Of a stretch of DNA of 64,000 bases, positions 36,609 through 49,364 are shown one piece after another. The stretch is taken from assembly GCF_001194135.2 (NCBI RefSeq), contig NC_068993.1, forward strand, positions 53,517,865 through 53,581,864. Direction: 5' to 3'. The notes below the pieces were generated by a model that was not told where the DNA came from, did no database searches, and worked only from the letters and a program-made list of their open reading frames with translations. The position numbers were made by a program, and so were the translations under genes. Within the stretch, counting starts at the first letter, position 1; each line of letters begins with the position of its first letter. The DNA comes from Octopus bimaculoides. Taxonomy: Eukaryota.

Positions 36609-36803
36609 GCACAAGGCCCGAAACGTTTGGGAAGGGGGGGGGAATCGATTAGATCGACCGCAGTACACAACTGGTACTTAATTTATCAACCCCGAAAGGA
36701 TGAAAGGCAAAGTGGACCTTTGCGGAATTTGAACTCAGAATGTAAAGATAGCCGAAATACCGCTAAGCATTACGCCCTGCATGCTAACGACTCTGCCAGC
36801 TCG
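36609..36803 (-). mobile_element. SINE family A copy
   Basis: Reverse complement of the full head-core-tail. Confidence 0.85.
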
Positions 36804-37089
36804 CAGAAACTAACAAAACTATTGCACGTATCAGTTGATTAATGTATCTGTGTTCACTCTGCCTGTGTGTCATAGGACTATAGCGGAAGTTAGGAGCCTT
36901 AGACATAACATCGTGGGTGGATGACACGACACCCGTATATCGGATGTACCAACCCCGATAAATTTGTTTCTTGACTTTCGTTAAGTAAATAAAAGGGAGT
37001 AAAAGCGCCAACACACATCAAATTACACAGTAACAAAAAATTGTGTGGCACAAGTGTCACTTTCTAAATATTTGAAATTGTTAAACTAG

Positions 37090-37925
37090 TGACACGAACG
37101 TTCACACGCAAGTACGCACGCACACATATTATACATACACACACACACACAACATAGATATGTACGTACATACACACATAAATACTACGGACATACACAC
37201 GTGCGTACGTGCATACATACTTACACACAAACATACATACATACACGCATCTACGTACACGCATCTACATACACGCATACATACATACATACATACATAC
37301 ATACACACATACATACTTACACACACATACATATACACGTACATACATACACACATACATACATACATATATACATACATTCATGTATACATATATATAT
37401 ATACACATACATACTTANNNNNNNNNNNNNNNNNNNNNNNNNNNNNNNNNNNNNNNNNNNNNNNNNNNNNNNNNNNNNNNNNNNNNNNNNNNNNNNNNNN
37501 NNNNNNNNNNNNNNNNNNNNNNNNNNNNNNNNNNNNNNNNNNNNNNNNNNNNNNNNNNNNNNNNNNNNNNNNNNNNNNNNNNNNNNNNNNNNNNNNNNNN
37601 NNNNNNNNNNNNNNNNNNNNNNNNNNNNNNNNNNNNNNNNNNNNNNNNNNNNNNNNNNNNNNNNNNNNNNNNNNNNNNNNNNNNNNNNNNNNNNNNNNNN
37701 NNNNNNNNNNNNNNNNNNNNNNNNNNNNNNNNNNNNNNNNNNNNNNNNNNNNNNNNNNNNNNNNNNNNNNNNNNNNNNNNNNNNNNNNNNNNNNNNNNNN
37801 NNNNGCGCGCACACACACATACATACATACATACTCTCATACACACATAGATAGATAGATAGATACATACATACATACATACATACATACATACATACAT
37901 ACATACATACATACATACATACACA
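37090..37925. repeat. (TACA)n/(CA)n/(GATA)n compound microsatellite with an N gap
   Basis: Direct inspection; source of the HTYI/MYVC-type ORFs. Confidence 0.95.
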
Positions 37926-38319
37926 CGACTTAGAACCTTCCTAATTGTTAAGAAGCCCAGTTTGGCTTCCTCCAGGCGAAATCTTACCAAAGTCAATGAG
38001 AACAGGAAAGACGGTCAACCAGTACAACAGGCAACAACAATTTCTTCGCAAAATATTCCAGTGTCGAAGTCGCTTCTGCAAATATCGTCGTCGTCTTTTC
38101 ATGCTTCCTTGGCATGAAGACATTGGTAATATCAAGCTCTCATCTGAAACGAAACAAAACCACGGCACACCGTTTCCGTCTTTTGATTCCCCTCTTCGCC
38201 ATCTTTCTTTCTATAATCTTGACCTTTTTCGTTTCCTCTTATCTAATATTAAAACCTTTGATCGATTTACCATTTCTCTTCACTGACAAACATTGTTCCC
38301 GTTGCTGTTCTTTTCCGTC

Positions 38320-38526
38320 TCCTCCTCCTCCGTCTCCTCCACCTCCTCCTCCTCCTCCTCCTTCCCTTTGTTGGTCTCCTCCCTCTTGTTGTTGTTGTTG
38401 TTGTTGTCTCTGTTGTCCTTCATCTTGTTCTTGTTTTGTTCCTTGTTGCTGTTGCTGCTGATGTTTTTGTTATTGTTTTTGCTGTTGTTGTTGTTGTTGT
38501 TGTTTTTCTTCTTCTTCTTCTTCTTC

Positions 38527-38580
<54 letters not shown>

Positions 38581-38594
38581 TTCTTCTTCTTCTT

Positions 38595-38633
<39 letters not shown>

Positions 38634-38730
38634 AATCACCATCTTCTTCTTCTTCTTCTTCTTCTTCTCCATCATCATCATCATCATCATAATCATCATC
38701 TTCTTCTTCTTCATCTTCTTCTTCTTCTCC

Positions 38731-38762
<32 letters not shown>

Positions 38763-38890
38763 CATAATCATCTTCTTCTTCTTCTTCTTCTTCTTCTTCT
38801 TCTTCTTCTTCTTCTTCTTCTTCTTCTCCATCATCATCATCATCATCATCATCACCATCACCTTCTTCTTCTTCTTCTTCTTCTTCCTCT
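38320..38890. repeat. Compound trinucleotide array (TCC)n,(TTG)n then [(TTC)n-TCC-(ATC)n] blocks
   Basis: Direct inspection; four TCC-junction blocks in one trinucleotide phase. Confidence 0.97.
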
Positions 38891-39088
38891 TCGTTTCCCT
38901 TCTCCCGCTCCTCCTATACCTCTGTGTTTCATCTTCGCTGACCCGACATCTCGCTAACACGTTAAATGTACGTCGAAGTCCCTTCGTGCCTGACTGGCGG
39001 CAATGTTTAGGACGTGAACGTATGTCTATCTTTCTACCTGTTTCTAAATGCGTATATGTGTGAGTGTATGTGTCTGTATATATATGAG

Positions 39089-39160
<72 letters not shown>

Positions 39161-39173
39161 ATTGTGTGTGTGT

Positions 39174-39217
<44 letters not shown>

Positions 39218-39388
39218 TTTTGTATCTATAGGTGTACTTACGACTATATGTATACATAGCTGCGTGTTTGAACCGTGAAAGGATGGGCAGGGCTAGAGTC
39301 GCAAGGAAAGAAGCAATACAAGGGAATATATAAGCGTACTTGTGTTTGAATATTTGCATTCTCTCTCTCTCTCTCTATATATATATAC

Positions 39389-39455
<67 letters not shown>

Positions 39456-40148
39456 CATGTGTGTAAGCATATGTACATGTGCATATATTATATATGTAAA
39501 CACACACACACACGCCTCACACACACAAGACAAGCTTCCTTATAGTTTTCTCGACTAAATTCCGCTCATGAAGTTTGCTTAACCCAAGAGAACACTTGTG
39601 CAAGATGAACCACAAAGTTGCGAATCGAATTTCTAAAGCACATAATTTATAAATGTTGTTTTTCATTTTTCAAGATGCCTCACGCGAATGCTTTGCAATG
39701 CATCATCAGTGCTGTTTCTAGGATCTCAGGGAGTTGTCGGGTCAATTGACCCTTTCGGGGTTGGTCAAGTCCCAGCTTGCATTCCGATACCAGCAAGCCA
39801 ATGGCATTTCTTCTTTATCCAAAGCCACCGAGTGGCCATTCTCTTAATCTTCGANNNNNNNNNNNNNNNNNNNNNNNNNNNNNNNNNNNNNNNNNNNNNN
39901 NNNNNNNNNNNNNNNNNNNNNNNNNNNNNNNNNNNNNNNNNNNNNNNNNNNNNNNNNNNNNNNNNNNNNNNNNNNNNNNNNNNNNNNNNNNNNNNNNNNN
40001 NNNNNNNNNNNNNNNNNNNNNNNNNNNNNNNNNNNNNNNNNNNNNNNNNNNNNNNNNNNNNNNNNNNNNNNNNNNNNNNNNNNNNNNNNNNNNNNNNNNN
40101 NNNNNNNNNNNNNCCTTCTCTTTAATATTAATATAATATCCTCGTTAA

Positions 40149-40465
40149 GGCGGCGAACTGGCAGAAACGCAAGCACGCCGGGCGAAATGCTTGGCGATAT
40201 TTCGCCTGTCTTTGCGTTCTGAGTTCAAATTCCGCCGAGGTCCACTTTACCTTTCATCCTTTCGGGGTCGACAAACAGTGAAATACTGAGATCGACATAA
40301 TCGGCTAATCCCCTTCCCCCAAATTTCAGACCATGTGCCTATAATAGAAATTATTATTATTTCGGGGTCGATAAATTAAGTACCAGTTGCGTACTGGGGT
40401 CGATCATATCGACTGGCCCCCTTCCTCCAAAATTTGGGGCCTTGTGCCTAGAGTAGAAAAGAATA
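40149..40465 (+). mobile_element. SINE family A copy followed by a second copy of its 3' half
   Basis: Head ggcggcgaactggcagaaacg at 40149; tttcggggtcgataaattaagtaccagtt restarts at about 40360. Confidence 0.8.
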
Positions 40466-41489
40466 TAATATCGCGGCATCGACCTGACTATCGGATGTTT
40501 CTATACGATGCACTTCGCATTGTTTTAGCTTTCGAATGAAAGCCACCCCGCTGGCTTGGCGAACCGGCCGACATTTCCCCGCCCCTGATCGGAAGGCTAT
40601 TCTATCACAGAGTGACCCATTTACAGCTGAGTGGACAGGAACACCGTGAAATGGAGTGTTTTGCTCAAAAACAGAACTCACCGTCCAGTCTGGGAATCGA
40701 ACACACGATCTAGTGATCCTGAGTGCAATACGGTAACCATAAGGCCATGCGTTTTCACATATAATATAATATAGCATTTACGTATATAATACACACACAC
40801 ACACACACACCATATATACTATATGGTGTGTGTGTGTACAAAGAGAAAGGGAGAGAAAGAGAAAGAGAGAGAAAGAAAGAAACAGAAGAGACGTGAGAAG
40901 TGAGATAAGGAAGACGTAAAATAGACAACAGAGCGATATTTTAGTTTCCTCCTGTTCGAAATGAAGATGAATAAGAGAGAGAGAGGGGGGGAGAGGGTCA
41001 GCGAGAGAGAGAGATAAGGAGAGAGTAGGAAAGAGAAGGAGAGAATGAGTAAGAGGGGTAGTTAGAAACAAGGAGTAAGTGAAAATACGGTGAATGAGGG
41101 TGGAAGAAGACGAAGAAGAAGAAGAAGAGAGAGAGAAATAGAGGGAGAGAGGATAGTTTAGGGCGGTAAGAAGTGTAGATAGAAGGAGGGGGAGGGTGTA
41201 GTTGATGTTGAACATCTGGCAACACTTTAAGACAAGTCACATTCTTTAAGGAGAACAGATGAGTGTTTTAAGCCTGTTGAGTGTGAGTGAGTCTGAAATG
41301 GCAGGAAGTTGAATAAGANNNNNNNNNNATGGTGTGTGTGTGTACAAAGAGAAAGGGAGAGAAAGAGAAAGAGAGAGAAAGTGATCAGAGAATGAAAGTT
41401 GTTTTTTTTAAAATTTTTCCTTTGTATATGATGGAGACGATTTAGAGAGTAAAAGACGACCAATGTTAAATGTTAATGGGAACAACAAA

Positions 41490-42060
41490 TGATGTTCGCG
41501 AATTGAAGTCAATGTTTGACACAAGCAGACGTAACAACTAATGTTGATTGACAATGTTGCTTCGGCTATCGGTGGAGGGAACACGGTCAGGAGACGTGAC
41601 CAGTATTGAAGGCAGCTTATGTTGACTGTCAATTGAGGCGACTAATATTGACCGATCTCAGTTAGGTAAACGATGTTGACTCTCGTAGCAAGCAACCAGT
41701 TTTAGCTGTTGGCTGTCAAAGAGGCAACAATCATTGACTGTCGGTGGATGCAACAAATATGCAGACGGTAATAAAGAGGCACGCAATGTTGACTGTCAGC
41801 AAAGGCAACTAATTGTGGCTGCCGTGTCAACGAATGTGGATTTTGACAGAGGTAACTGATATATATTAATTGGCAATGGAACAACCAATGTTGATTTTCA
41901 TTAGAATCAGCCCAGCGTCGATGAAGTAATCAACGTTGATTATCAATGAAGGTAGCACTTGGAGGTTAACATGAAATTAACTAATGTTGACTCTCACCAA
42001 TATTAGCTATTAATGGTAGCAACTTAAATAAGTCAACTGAATTTAACTTGTGTCTAGAGT
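41490..42060. repeat. Degenerate minisatellite, about 26-bp unit (AATGTTGACTGTCAATGARGGCAACT-like)
   Basis: atgttgac-like motifs at 41619, 41645, 41673, 41706, 41731, 41786, 41813 and others. Confidence 0.7.
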
Positions 42061-42880
42061 TGTACCGTGTTGACGATTCCAAAGGAGGATGACATAGTGC
42101 TAAACACGGCTACCAACAACGGAAAACTTTAAGAACTTCATTTTATTTTATGTAATAAAAAATCAAAAAATTGAAAATGAAAAATTATAAATGCGTGTTC
42201 TTCAACTTAGAAGAGATTATCTTCTCTTAAGTGGTAAATCACCGCCAGAAGCAAATCATGAGTTCAGAATTGTTTAAGTAGTTCCCTTTCTATTACTCGG
42301 CTGGTTTTGATGTTATAATATTCTTTTCTACTTTAGGCACGAGGCCCGAAATTTTGGTGGGGTCCTCGCATGGGGATCTATAAGAGTAATTTAAGGGCCC
42401 TTGAAAAAATGTTGCTTTAGATGTACGTGTTGGTATGTATTGCAAAAAACAGCTCGGTTTTACAGAGTTCAACCAAAACAATATAGGAATTTTGAAAGAA
42501 TTTTTTTTATAAAACTAGTTTTTAAACATCTAATGGTTAAGGGATAAAATAGTAATTAAAGGGGCCCACCAAGATAAAATAGTAATTAAAGGGGCCCATA
42601 GATAAAAATGGTTGAAAAGTCCTGATCTACAGACTACAGAGAGCTATACGTGCTATACGTGCGAATGAACGAACGTATGTATGTATGTATGTATGTATGT
42701 ATGCATGTATGTATGTATGCCTATATGTATGTTTATGTGTTTGTATGTGTTTGTATGTGTGTGTGGTAAAACACGTCACCCCATTATCACAAATGAAAAC
42801 ATTAAGCTGAAGAATGTATGTTAAGTAAACGTATTTCGTGAAGCAGTTATTTGTCACCTACAGTTCAGGTACATTACTAG

Positions 42881-43255
42881 TAGTAGTAGTGGTGGTGGTG
42901 GTGGTGGTAGTGGTGGTGGTGGTAGTAGTGCTGGTGGTGGTGGTGGTGGTAGTGGTGGTGATGGTAGTAGTGGTGGTGGTAGTGGTGGTGGTAGTATTAG
43001 TAGTGGTGGTGGTTGTGGTAGTAGTAGTGGCGGTTGTGGTTGTGGTAGTAGTAGTGGTGGTGGTGGTGGTAGTAGTAGTAGTGGTGATGGTGGTGGTGGT
43101 GGTAGTAGTGGTGGTGGTGGTAGAAGTAGTAGTACTAGTGGTGGTGATGGTGGTGGTAGTAGTAACAATGGTGGTAATAGTGGTAGTAGTAATATCAGCG
43201 ACAGTTGCAGCAGCAGCAGTAGCAGCTGTAGTGGTAGTAGTAGAAGAAGATAGTG
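42881..43255. repeat. (GTG/GTA)n mixed trinucleotide tract
   Basis: Direct inspection; source of the poly-Val and poly-Pro/Leu ORFs. Confidence 0.97.
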
Positions 43256-43509
43256 TCTATGTACGGTGGTAGCTAATTCACCACACACCTTGTTACTCCA
43301 TCTACCCATAGCTCGTGTTGTGTGTGTGTGTGTTTGAGTGAAGACCATTTGTGTGTACGTTTGAGGCCTTATCATGTTCTCTCCACCCAACCACAGTCCG
43401 ATATAGAGACCGTGAATTTGAGCTTGGGATCATAATGGTTTGATGAGTTTACTCTCTCATACTGGCTTGGCATGGCTTGGCAGAGGGATGCAGTTTTTAT
43501 ACTCATATC

Positions 43510-43688
43510 AAGGAGAGGTTGAGTCGATTACTTTGACTCCCAGTGCTCGACTGGTACTTATTTTATCGACTCCGAAAGAGATGAAAGGCAAAATCGACGT
43601 CGGCGGAATTTGAACTAGGAACGTAAAAACATGAAATACCGCCAAGTATTTCACCCGGCGTGCTAACGATTCTGCCAGCTCGCCGCCT
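43510..43688 (-). mobile_element. SINE family A copy
   Basis: Reverse complement of the head and core (..cggcgtgctaacgattctgccagctcgccgcc). Confidence 0.85.
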
Positions 43689-44546
43689 TACCGAGACACT
43701 AAGCCTGTATTTTCTCTTATTGGCATCTCAATTTTGGGGGAATTCTTGAATCTTGCGATAATCTTCCTTCCTCGAGTAGAGCTGGTCTCAATTCCTAATT
43801 GGTAATTATCATATATCTTCTGGAGGCGGAAATAATTTTTATAAACTAGGAATTTATGGTGAATGGTATTTGATATACGTCTATGACAAACAAAATCACT
43901 TGCTTGAGTTTCTATAATGGGCCGTATCCGTCCTAAAGTTGTTAGTCTTGATAACACCATGAGAAAAAAAATAATAAATGGGACTTTGACGGACATTAGC
44001 GACATAAGTTACTAAAAAGTCTCTGTCAAACTGAGGTCAAAGCATCAGGTCACCGAGGTCATATTAAAACACTTCCTGTGTCATCAGATCACTAAGACAA
44101 TAAATATCTCGTTATAGCTAACACTCGGCAACTGACGGCATACAAATAACCACTTCACACGTATCAGTAGGTCACAGAGGTTATGTTATGTCTGTGACTG
44201 CCCCGGTAGGATTCGATGTTGCAATTTGCGTTGAAGTGAAAAAATAGACTCAACTCAACTTGTTTCCAGCTTTATTCAGCTCGAGATGACGTAAAATTTG
44301 AAATTTCTAAGCAGAATACTGGACATGATGAATGTGCTTCGAACAAATTTGGTAGAGTAATTTACATTCCATTCGAATGATCGTTCCACGTCTCAAACGC
44401 CGATCCATTGGACTTCTCATTGAAGCCATTGAACCACTCTATGTTCATCGCTAGGTTATTTCTCCATAGGTGTCAACAGGTCACTGAGCTCATAGCAGTA
44501 TTTTACGCGTGTTACTGTGTTGTTGTTGTTGTTAGTCAGTGAAAGT

Positions 44547-44936
44547 GCGTTGGCCTTGTGGTTAGGGATGTTACACTGATGATTGTAAAATCGTGGGTTC
44601 ACTTCGCAGACTGGACAGTGCGTTGTGTTTTTGAACAAAACATTTCCTTTCGCGTTGCTTCACTTCACTTAGCCGAGGGTGGTCATAGAACCATTGCGCT
44701 TTGCCCTGTTTTAGCTTTTTGAATGATGCCACCCTGCTGGCGAGGTGAGCAAGCCAATATTTTGCCCCTCAGGAAGGTCAGTCCGTCGTAGGTTTATCCA
44801 TTTACAGCTGAGTGGACTGGAGTAATTTGAGACGTGAAGTGTTTTGTTCAAGAATAAAACGCACAGCCGGTCCGGGAATCGAAACCACGATCTCGCGATC
44901 GAGAGTGCCACACGCCAAACCACTTGGCCACGCGCC
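44547..44936. mobile_element. Two SINE family C heads in inverted orientation (44547-44675 +, 44797-44936 -)
   Basis: tggccttgtggttaggg..gggttcacttcgc..gtgtttttgaacaaaacattt versus the reverse complement tggccaagtggtttgg..ggtttcgattcccgg..ttcttgaacaaaacactt. Confidence 0.7.
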
Positions 44937-45644
44937 TTCTTGTAGTTTCTATTATTATTGTATTTTTTTTTCTTTTGTTTCTATTTAATCCCAACTAAGT
45001 TCTGATCCAGCAGACATATGATTAAAGATGAATGAAGCCTGCTAGAAATAGCAACCAAATATCCGTGATCAAACAGTACTATGATCGAATGCGTTCCAAA
45101 CATGCCCACATAGTATATATATATATATATATATATATTTTAGCTCGGGTACTACATTATCTTTCTCAAGGCAGTAGGATGTAATATTAAGGAAAATTTT
45201 TGACTGCCACTTCTAACAGAGTAAACGACCCCGTTGAAGCTTTCTCGTTGGTGGTCTATGTTGGCGACAGATGGTAAATCCCCGTCTCCCAGAGGCTGGC
45301 AGAGTCATTACAGAAGTCTTCTTCTCCATATAGTGCATATATATATAAAACAGATCAGTCTGACATGTGGGCTCCTTTCTAAGCTGTACCCAAAGGAGGA
45401 AAGGCACTCAACACTGCAAGACAACAAACTCATTCATCAATTACAACAGTGAAGTTTCTGCTTACGGTGGCAAGTTACGTGTTTATGGCTTGGCGGATTG
45501 CGCCATTTGAGTGTTAATCGGCGATGAAAAAACGAGTCGTCGATCTCTCAGCAGGTTTCTTGATGTTTCTATCCATCCAGCCTTCAGTGCGCACTTTGGC
45601 AACAGACAACACAGTAAGAACAACAAACACAACAACAACAACAT

Positions 45645-45703
<59 letters not shown>

Positions 45704-45874
45704 ACAACAACAGCAACAACAATTGTGGAATGTTGGTTTGCTGTGAGAAGAAAAAAAAAATTATCTAAGACTTTTCAATTGAGAAAGAGAAAATACGTTG
45801 TTTTCTTAATGGTGGTGGTGGTGGTGGTGGCGGAGGGGAACTTCACCTGTTAATGCTTACTGGATACTAAGGTT

Positions 45875-46085
45875 TTTGTTTCTTTTATTGTTTTACTTAT
45901 TTCAGTCATTTGACTGTGGCCATGCTGCAGCACCGCCTTTAGTCGAAAAAATCGACCCCAGGACTTATTCTTTGTAAGCCTAATACTTTATTTTACCGGT
46001 CTCTTTGACCGAGCCTCTAAGTTACGGGGACGTAAACACACCAGCATCGGTTGTCAAGCGATGGTGGGGGAACAAACGCAGACGT
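45875..46085 (-). mobile_element. SINE family B 3' portion
   Basis: ttcagtcatttgactgtggccatgctgcagcaccgcctttagtcga..ccccaggacttattctttgtaagcc is the reverse complement of the family B tail. Confidence 0.8.
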
Positions 46086-46148
46086 ACAAATACATACATA
46101 CATACATACATACATACATACATACAGTTTTTCTATTTTCTAATGTAA

Positions 46149-46307
<159 letters not shown>

Positions 46308-46589
46308 TGACAGTCGAACTGACGAATGTGTAGCTTTTTACTTGGCCTTGGTGCCGTAACATGTTTTTTTTTTATTTAGTTTTATACAAGAATAACAGTT
46401 TGAGGTTGTTAGAAGTATTGTGGGGTGAGGGTAAGTTTTTATGACTACGTGTGAGATGAAATGTAAAGTGTTCTTGAAACTTTAAGAGTTTAGAATTGAC
46501 TTTTATAAATTTAAACCAGTAGAGATTATCTCCCTTGCACAGGGAGCTGGTCTACAGTAAAGCAGACGATATCTCTTGACAGATCTCAG

Positions 46590-46785
46590 GCAGGGAGCTA
46601 ACAGAGCCTTTAACACGCCAGGCAAAATGCTTTGCGGCATTTCGTCCGTCTTTACGTTCTGAGCTTAAATTCCGCCGATCGACTTTGCTTTTCACCTTTA
46701 GGGGTCAATAAAATAAGTACTAGTTGAACACTAAGGTCACCCCCTTCCTCCGAAATTGCTAGCCTTATGCCAAAATTTGAAACCG
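46590..46785 (+). mobile_element. SINE family A copy
   Basis: Head-core-tail similarity to 26830-27045. Confidence 0.8.
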
Positions 46786-47981
46786 ATATCTCTAGATAGA
46801 TAGTCTGGTACTTGTACTTGTTTTCAAGTAATAAATGAACTGAGGTAAAACGGAATGGAGTGATCTGACGAGAAACTCAGCGAATTGCTTGTCGTGGATT
46901 TTAGCTCCTGACTTCCGAACAACTGGTTCTATTCATAACTATTGATGACTATTTGTGAGATAAAATGTAAAGTGTTCTTCAAACCTAGTAATTGTAAGAG
47001 CTTAGTATTGGCTTTTGTTCATTTAAACCGATAGAGATTACCTCCCCTGCAAGATAATATCATTAGCTAGGTCTCAGGAAGGGAGCTGGCAAAATTTTAA
47101 AATTATCAATTAAATCCTGTATCAGATATTTCCACTGTTATATTGCTTGCAGTTCACATGGCGTTGAAGCCATTCTGTCACAGACAATAACTTGAACTCC
47201 TATGGATAACCTTAATTCCTGCTATGTTTACTCCTATAAATTCTCAGTGAGAATTAATCCACGAGAGTCTGGACCTTTTGCGCAATAATAACCAATCAGA
47301 AATGAGTACAAATTCCAAATCATAACAGGGACGGACAAAATTCAGAAAGATTGATCGTTGAAGTATTAATTGCTGGTGGGGACACTGTATTTCGTTTAGC
47401 CACCATAATATACACCCAACTCTATTAAAGGTTATCCTACCGTGTTAGCAGTGCGATTCAATTACTTCTAAGTTATCTCTAGAGATATTCTAAAGAATAT
47501 GGAGCCAGCACTGAAAGTTACTGAATGCATAACTCCTGAAATATGCATATACTCTTATTTTTCTCTCTTCGATCGCATTGTTTACATAGACGTATTCGTA
47601 TATGACACGTCGTAACTTTCAGAGCTGGCTCTAAGTTCTATAGAATATTTGTAGAGATAATTTAAAAGTGATCGTTGAACAAGAAGAAAGAGAAGTCAAT
47701 AAAAAAGAGATATAAAGTTGAAATATTTTAGAAAATGTTTACGTCTGCTAAACCATTCCTTAAACACCATTGTTTCGATTGCTTTTGCGAAATTTTAATC
47801 CAAAATTCCAAGAACGTGCAAGTTAATTTTTAGAATATTAGATATTCTATGTTGCCAACTGTATTCCTTCACCCAATTAGAACAATATTTACGAAACCAA
47901 AATTTTTGTAATCCTGTATTAAATATTCTGTAAAATAAAGTGAAAGTTGTATTTAAAATGTCATTTTTTGTTTGTTTTTAG

Positions 47982-48092
47982 GTGGCAAGTATGTACCACG
48001 GTCTATATTAATTGATCTTGAACCGGGTACTATGGATTCTGTAAGATCAGGACCTTTCGGTCAAATCTTCCGCCCAGATAATTTTGTATTTG
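47982..48092 (+). CDS. TUBB: Beta-tubulin exon 3 ([38 protein letters not shown])
   Basis: tttag acceptor, G|gtaagt donor, 111 nt, codons 56-93. Confidence 0.99.
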
Positions 48093-49322
48093 GTAAGTAC
48101 GCAAAGCCACCTTCAACATCCATCTACCCATCCATCCATCCATCCATCCATCCATCCATCTACCCATCCATCCATCCATCCATTCATCCATCCATCCTCA
48201 CACAAACACACACACATACACACACACACACACTTTCGTATTTAATAGTGTGTANNNNNNNNNNNNNNNNNNNNNNNNNNNNNNNNNNNNNNNNNNNNNN
48301 NNNNNNNNNNNNNNNNNNNNNNNNNNNNNNNNNNNNNNNNNNNNNNNNNNNNNNNNNNNNNNNNNNNNNNNNNNNNNNNNNNNNNNNNNNNNNNNNNNNN
48401 NNNNNNNNNNNNNNNNNNNNNNNNNNNNNNNNNNNNNNNNNNNNNNNNNNNNNNNNNNNNNNNNNNNNNNNNNNNNNNNNNNNNNNNNNNNNNNNNNNNN
48501 NNNNNNNNNNNNNNNNNNNNNNNNNNNNNNNNNNNNNNNNNNNNNNNNNNNNNNNNNNNNNNNNNNNNNNNNNNNNNNNNNNNNNNNNNNNNNNNNNNNN
48601 NNNNNNNNNNNNNNNNNNNNNNNNNNNNNNNNNNNNNNNNNNNNNNNNNNNNNNNNNNNNNNNNNNNNNNNNNNNNNNNNNNNNNNNNNNNNNNNNNNNN
48701 NNNNNNNNNNNNNNNNNNNNNNNNNNNNNNNNNNNNNNNNNNNNNNNNNNNNNNNNNNNNNNNNNNNNNNNNNNNNNNNNNNNNNNNNNNNNNNNNNNNN
48801 NNNNNNNNNNNNNNNNNNNNNNNNNNNNNNNNNNNNNNNNNNNNNNNNNNNNNNNNNNNNNNNNNNNNNNNNNNNNNNNNNNNNNNNNNNNNNNNNNNNN
48901 NNNNNNNNNNNNNNNNNNNNNNNNNNNNNNNNNNNNNNNNNNNNNNNNNNNNNNNNNNNNNNNNNNNNNNNNNNNNNNNNNNNNNNNNNNNNNNNNNNNN
49001 NNNNNNNNNNNNNNNNNNNNNNNNNNNNNNNNNNNNNNNNNNNNNNNNNNNNNNNNNNNNNNNNNNNNNNNNNNNNNNNNNNNNNNNNNNNNNNNNNNNN
49101 NNNNNNNNNNNNNNNNNNNNNNNNNNNNNNNNNNNNNNNNNNNNNNNNNNNNNNNNNNNNNNNNNNNNNNNNNNNNNNNNNNNNNNNNNNNNNNNNNNNN
49201 NNNNNNNNNNNNNNNNNNNNNNNNNNNNNNNNAAAATCCCCTAAAAAAACCAACAATCACTTGAAAAATAATATGTACAACAGAAATCGGGCTGCGAGCA
49301 AAGAAATTAACTTACCATTTCG

Positions 49323-49364
<42 letters not shown>

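Noticed and set aside
38280-39063. Long ORFs (226, 256 and 173 aa) of poly-Met/Lys, poly-Ile/Phe and poly-His/Leu
   Set aside because: They are products of a stop-free trinucleotide array; there is no splice or homology evidence for coding.
40822-41381. About 52-bp direct repeat (atggtgtgtgtgtgtacaaagagaaagggagag..) at about 40823 and at 41329
   Set aside because: The second copy starts right after a 10-N gap, which is typical of a scaffolding or haplotype overlap artefact.
42543-42598. Two copies of gataaaatagtaattaaaggggccca
   Set aside because: Simple 30-bp tandem duplication with no further structure.
42838-43390. Poly-Val and poly-Pro/Leu ORFs
   Set aside because: Translation of a (GTG/GTA)n tract.
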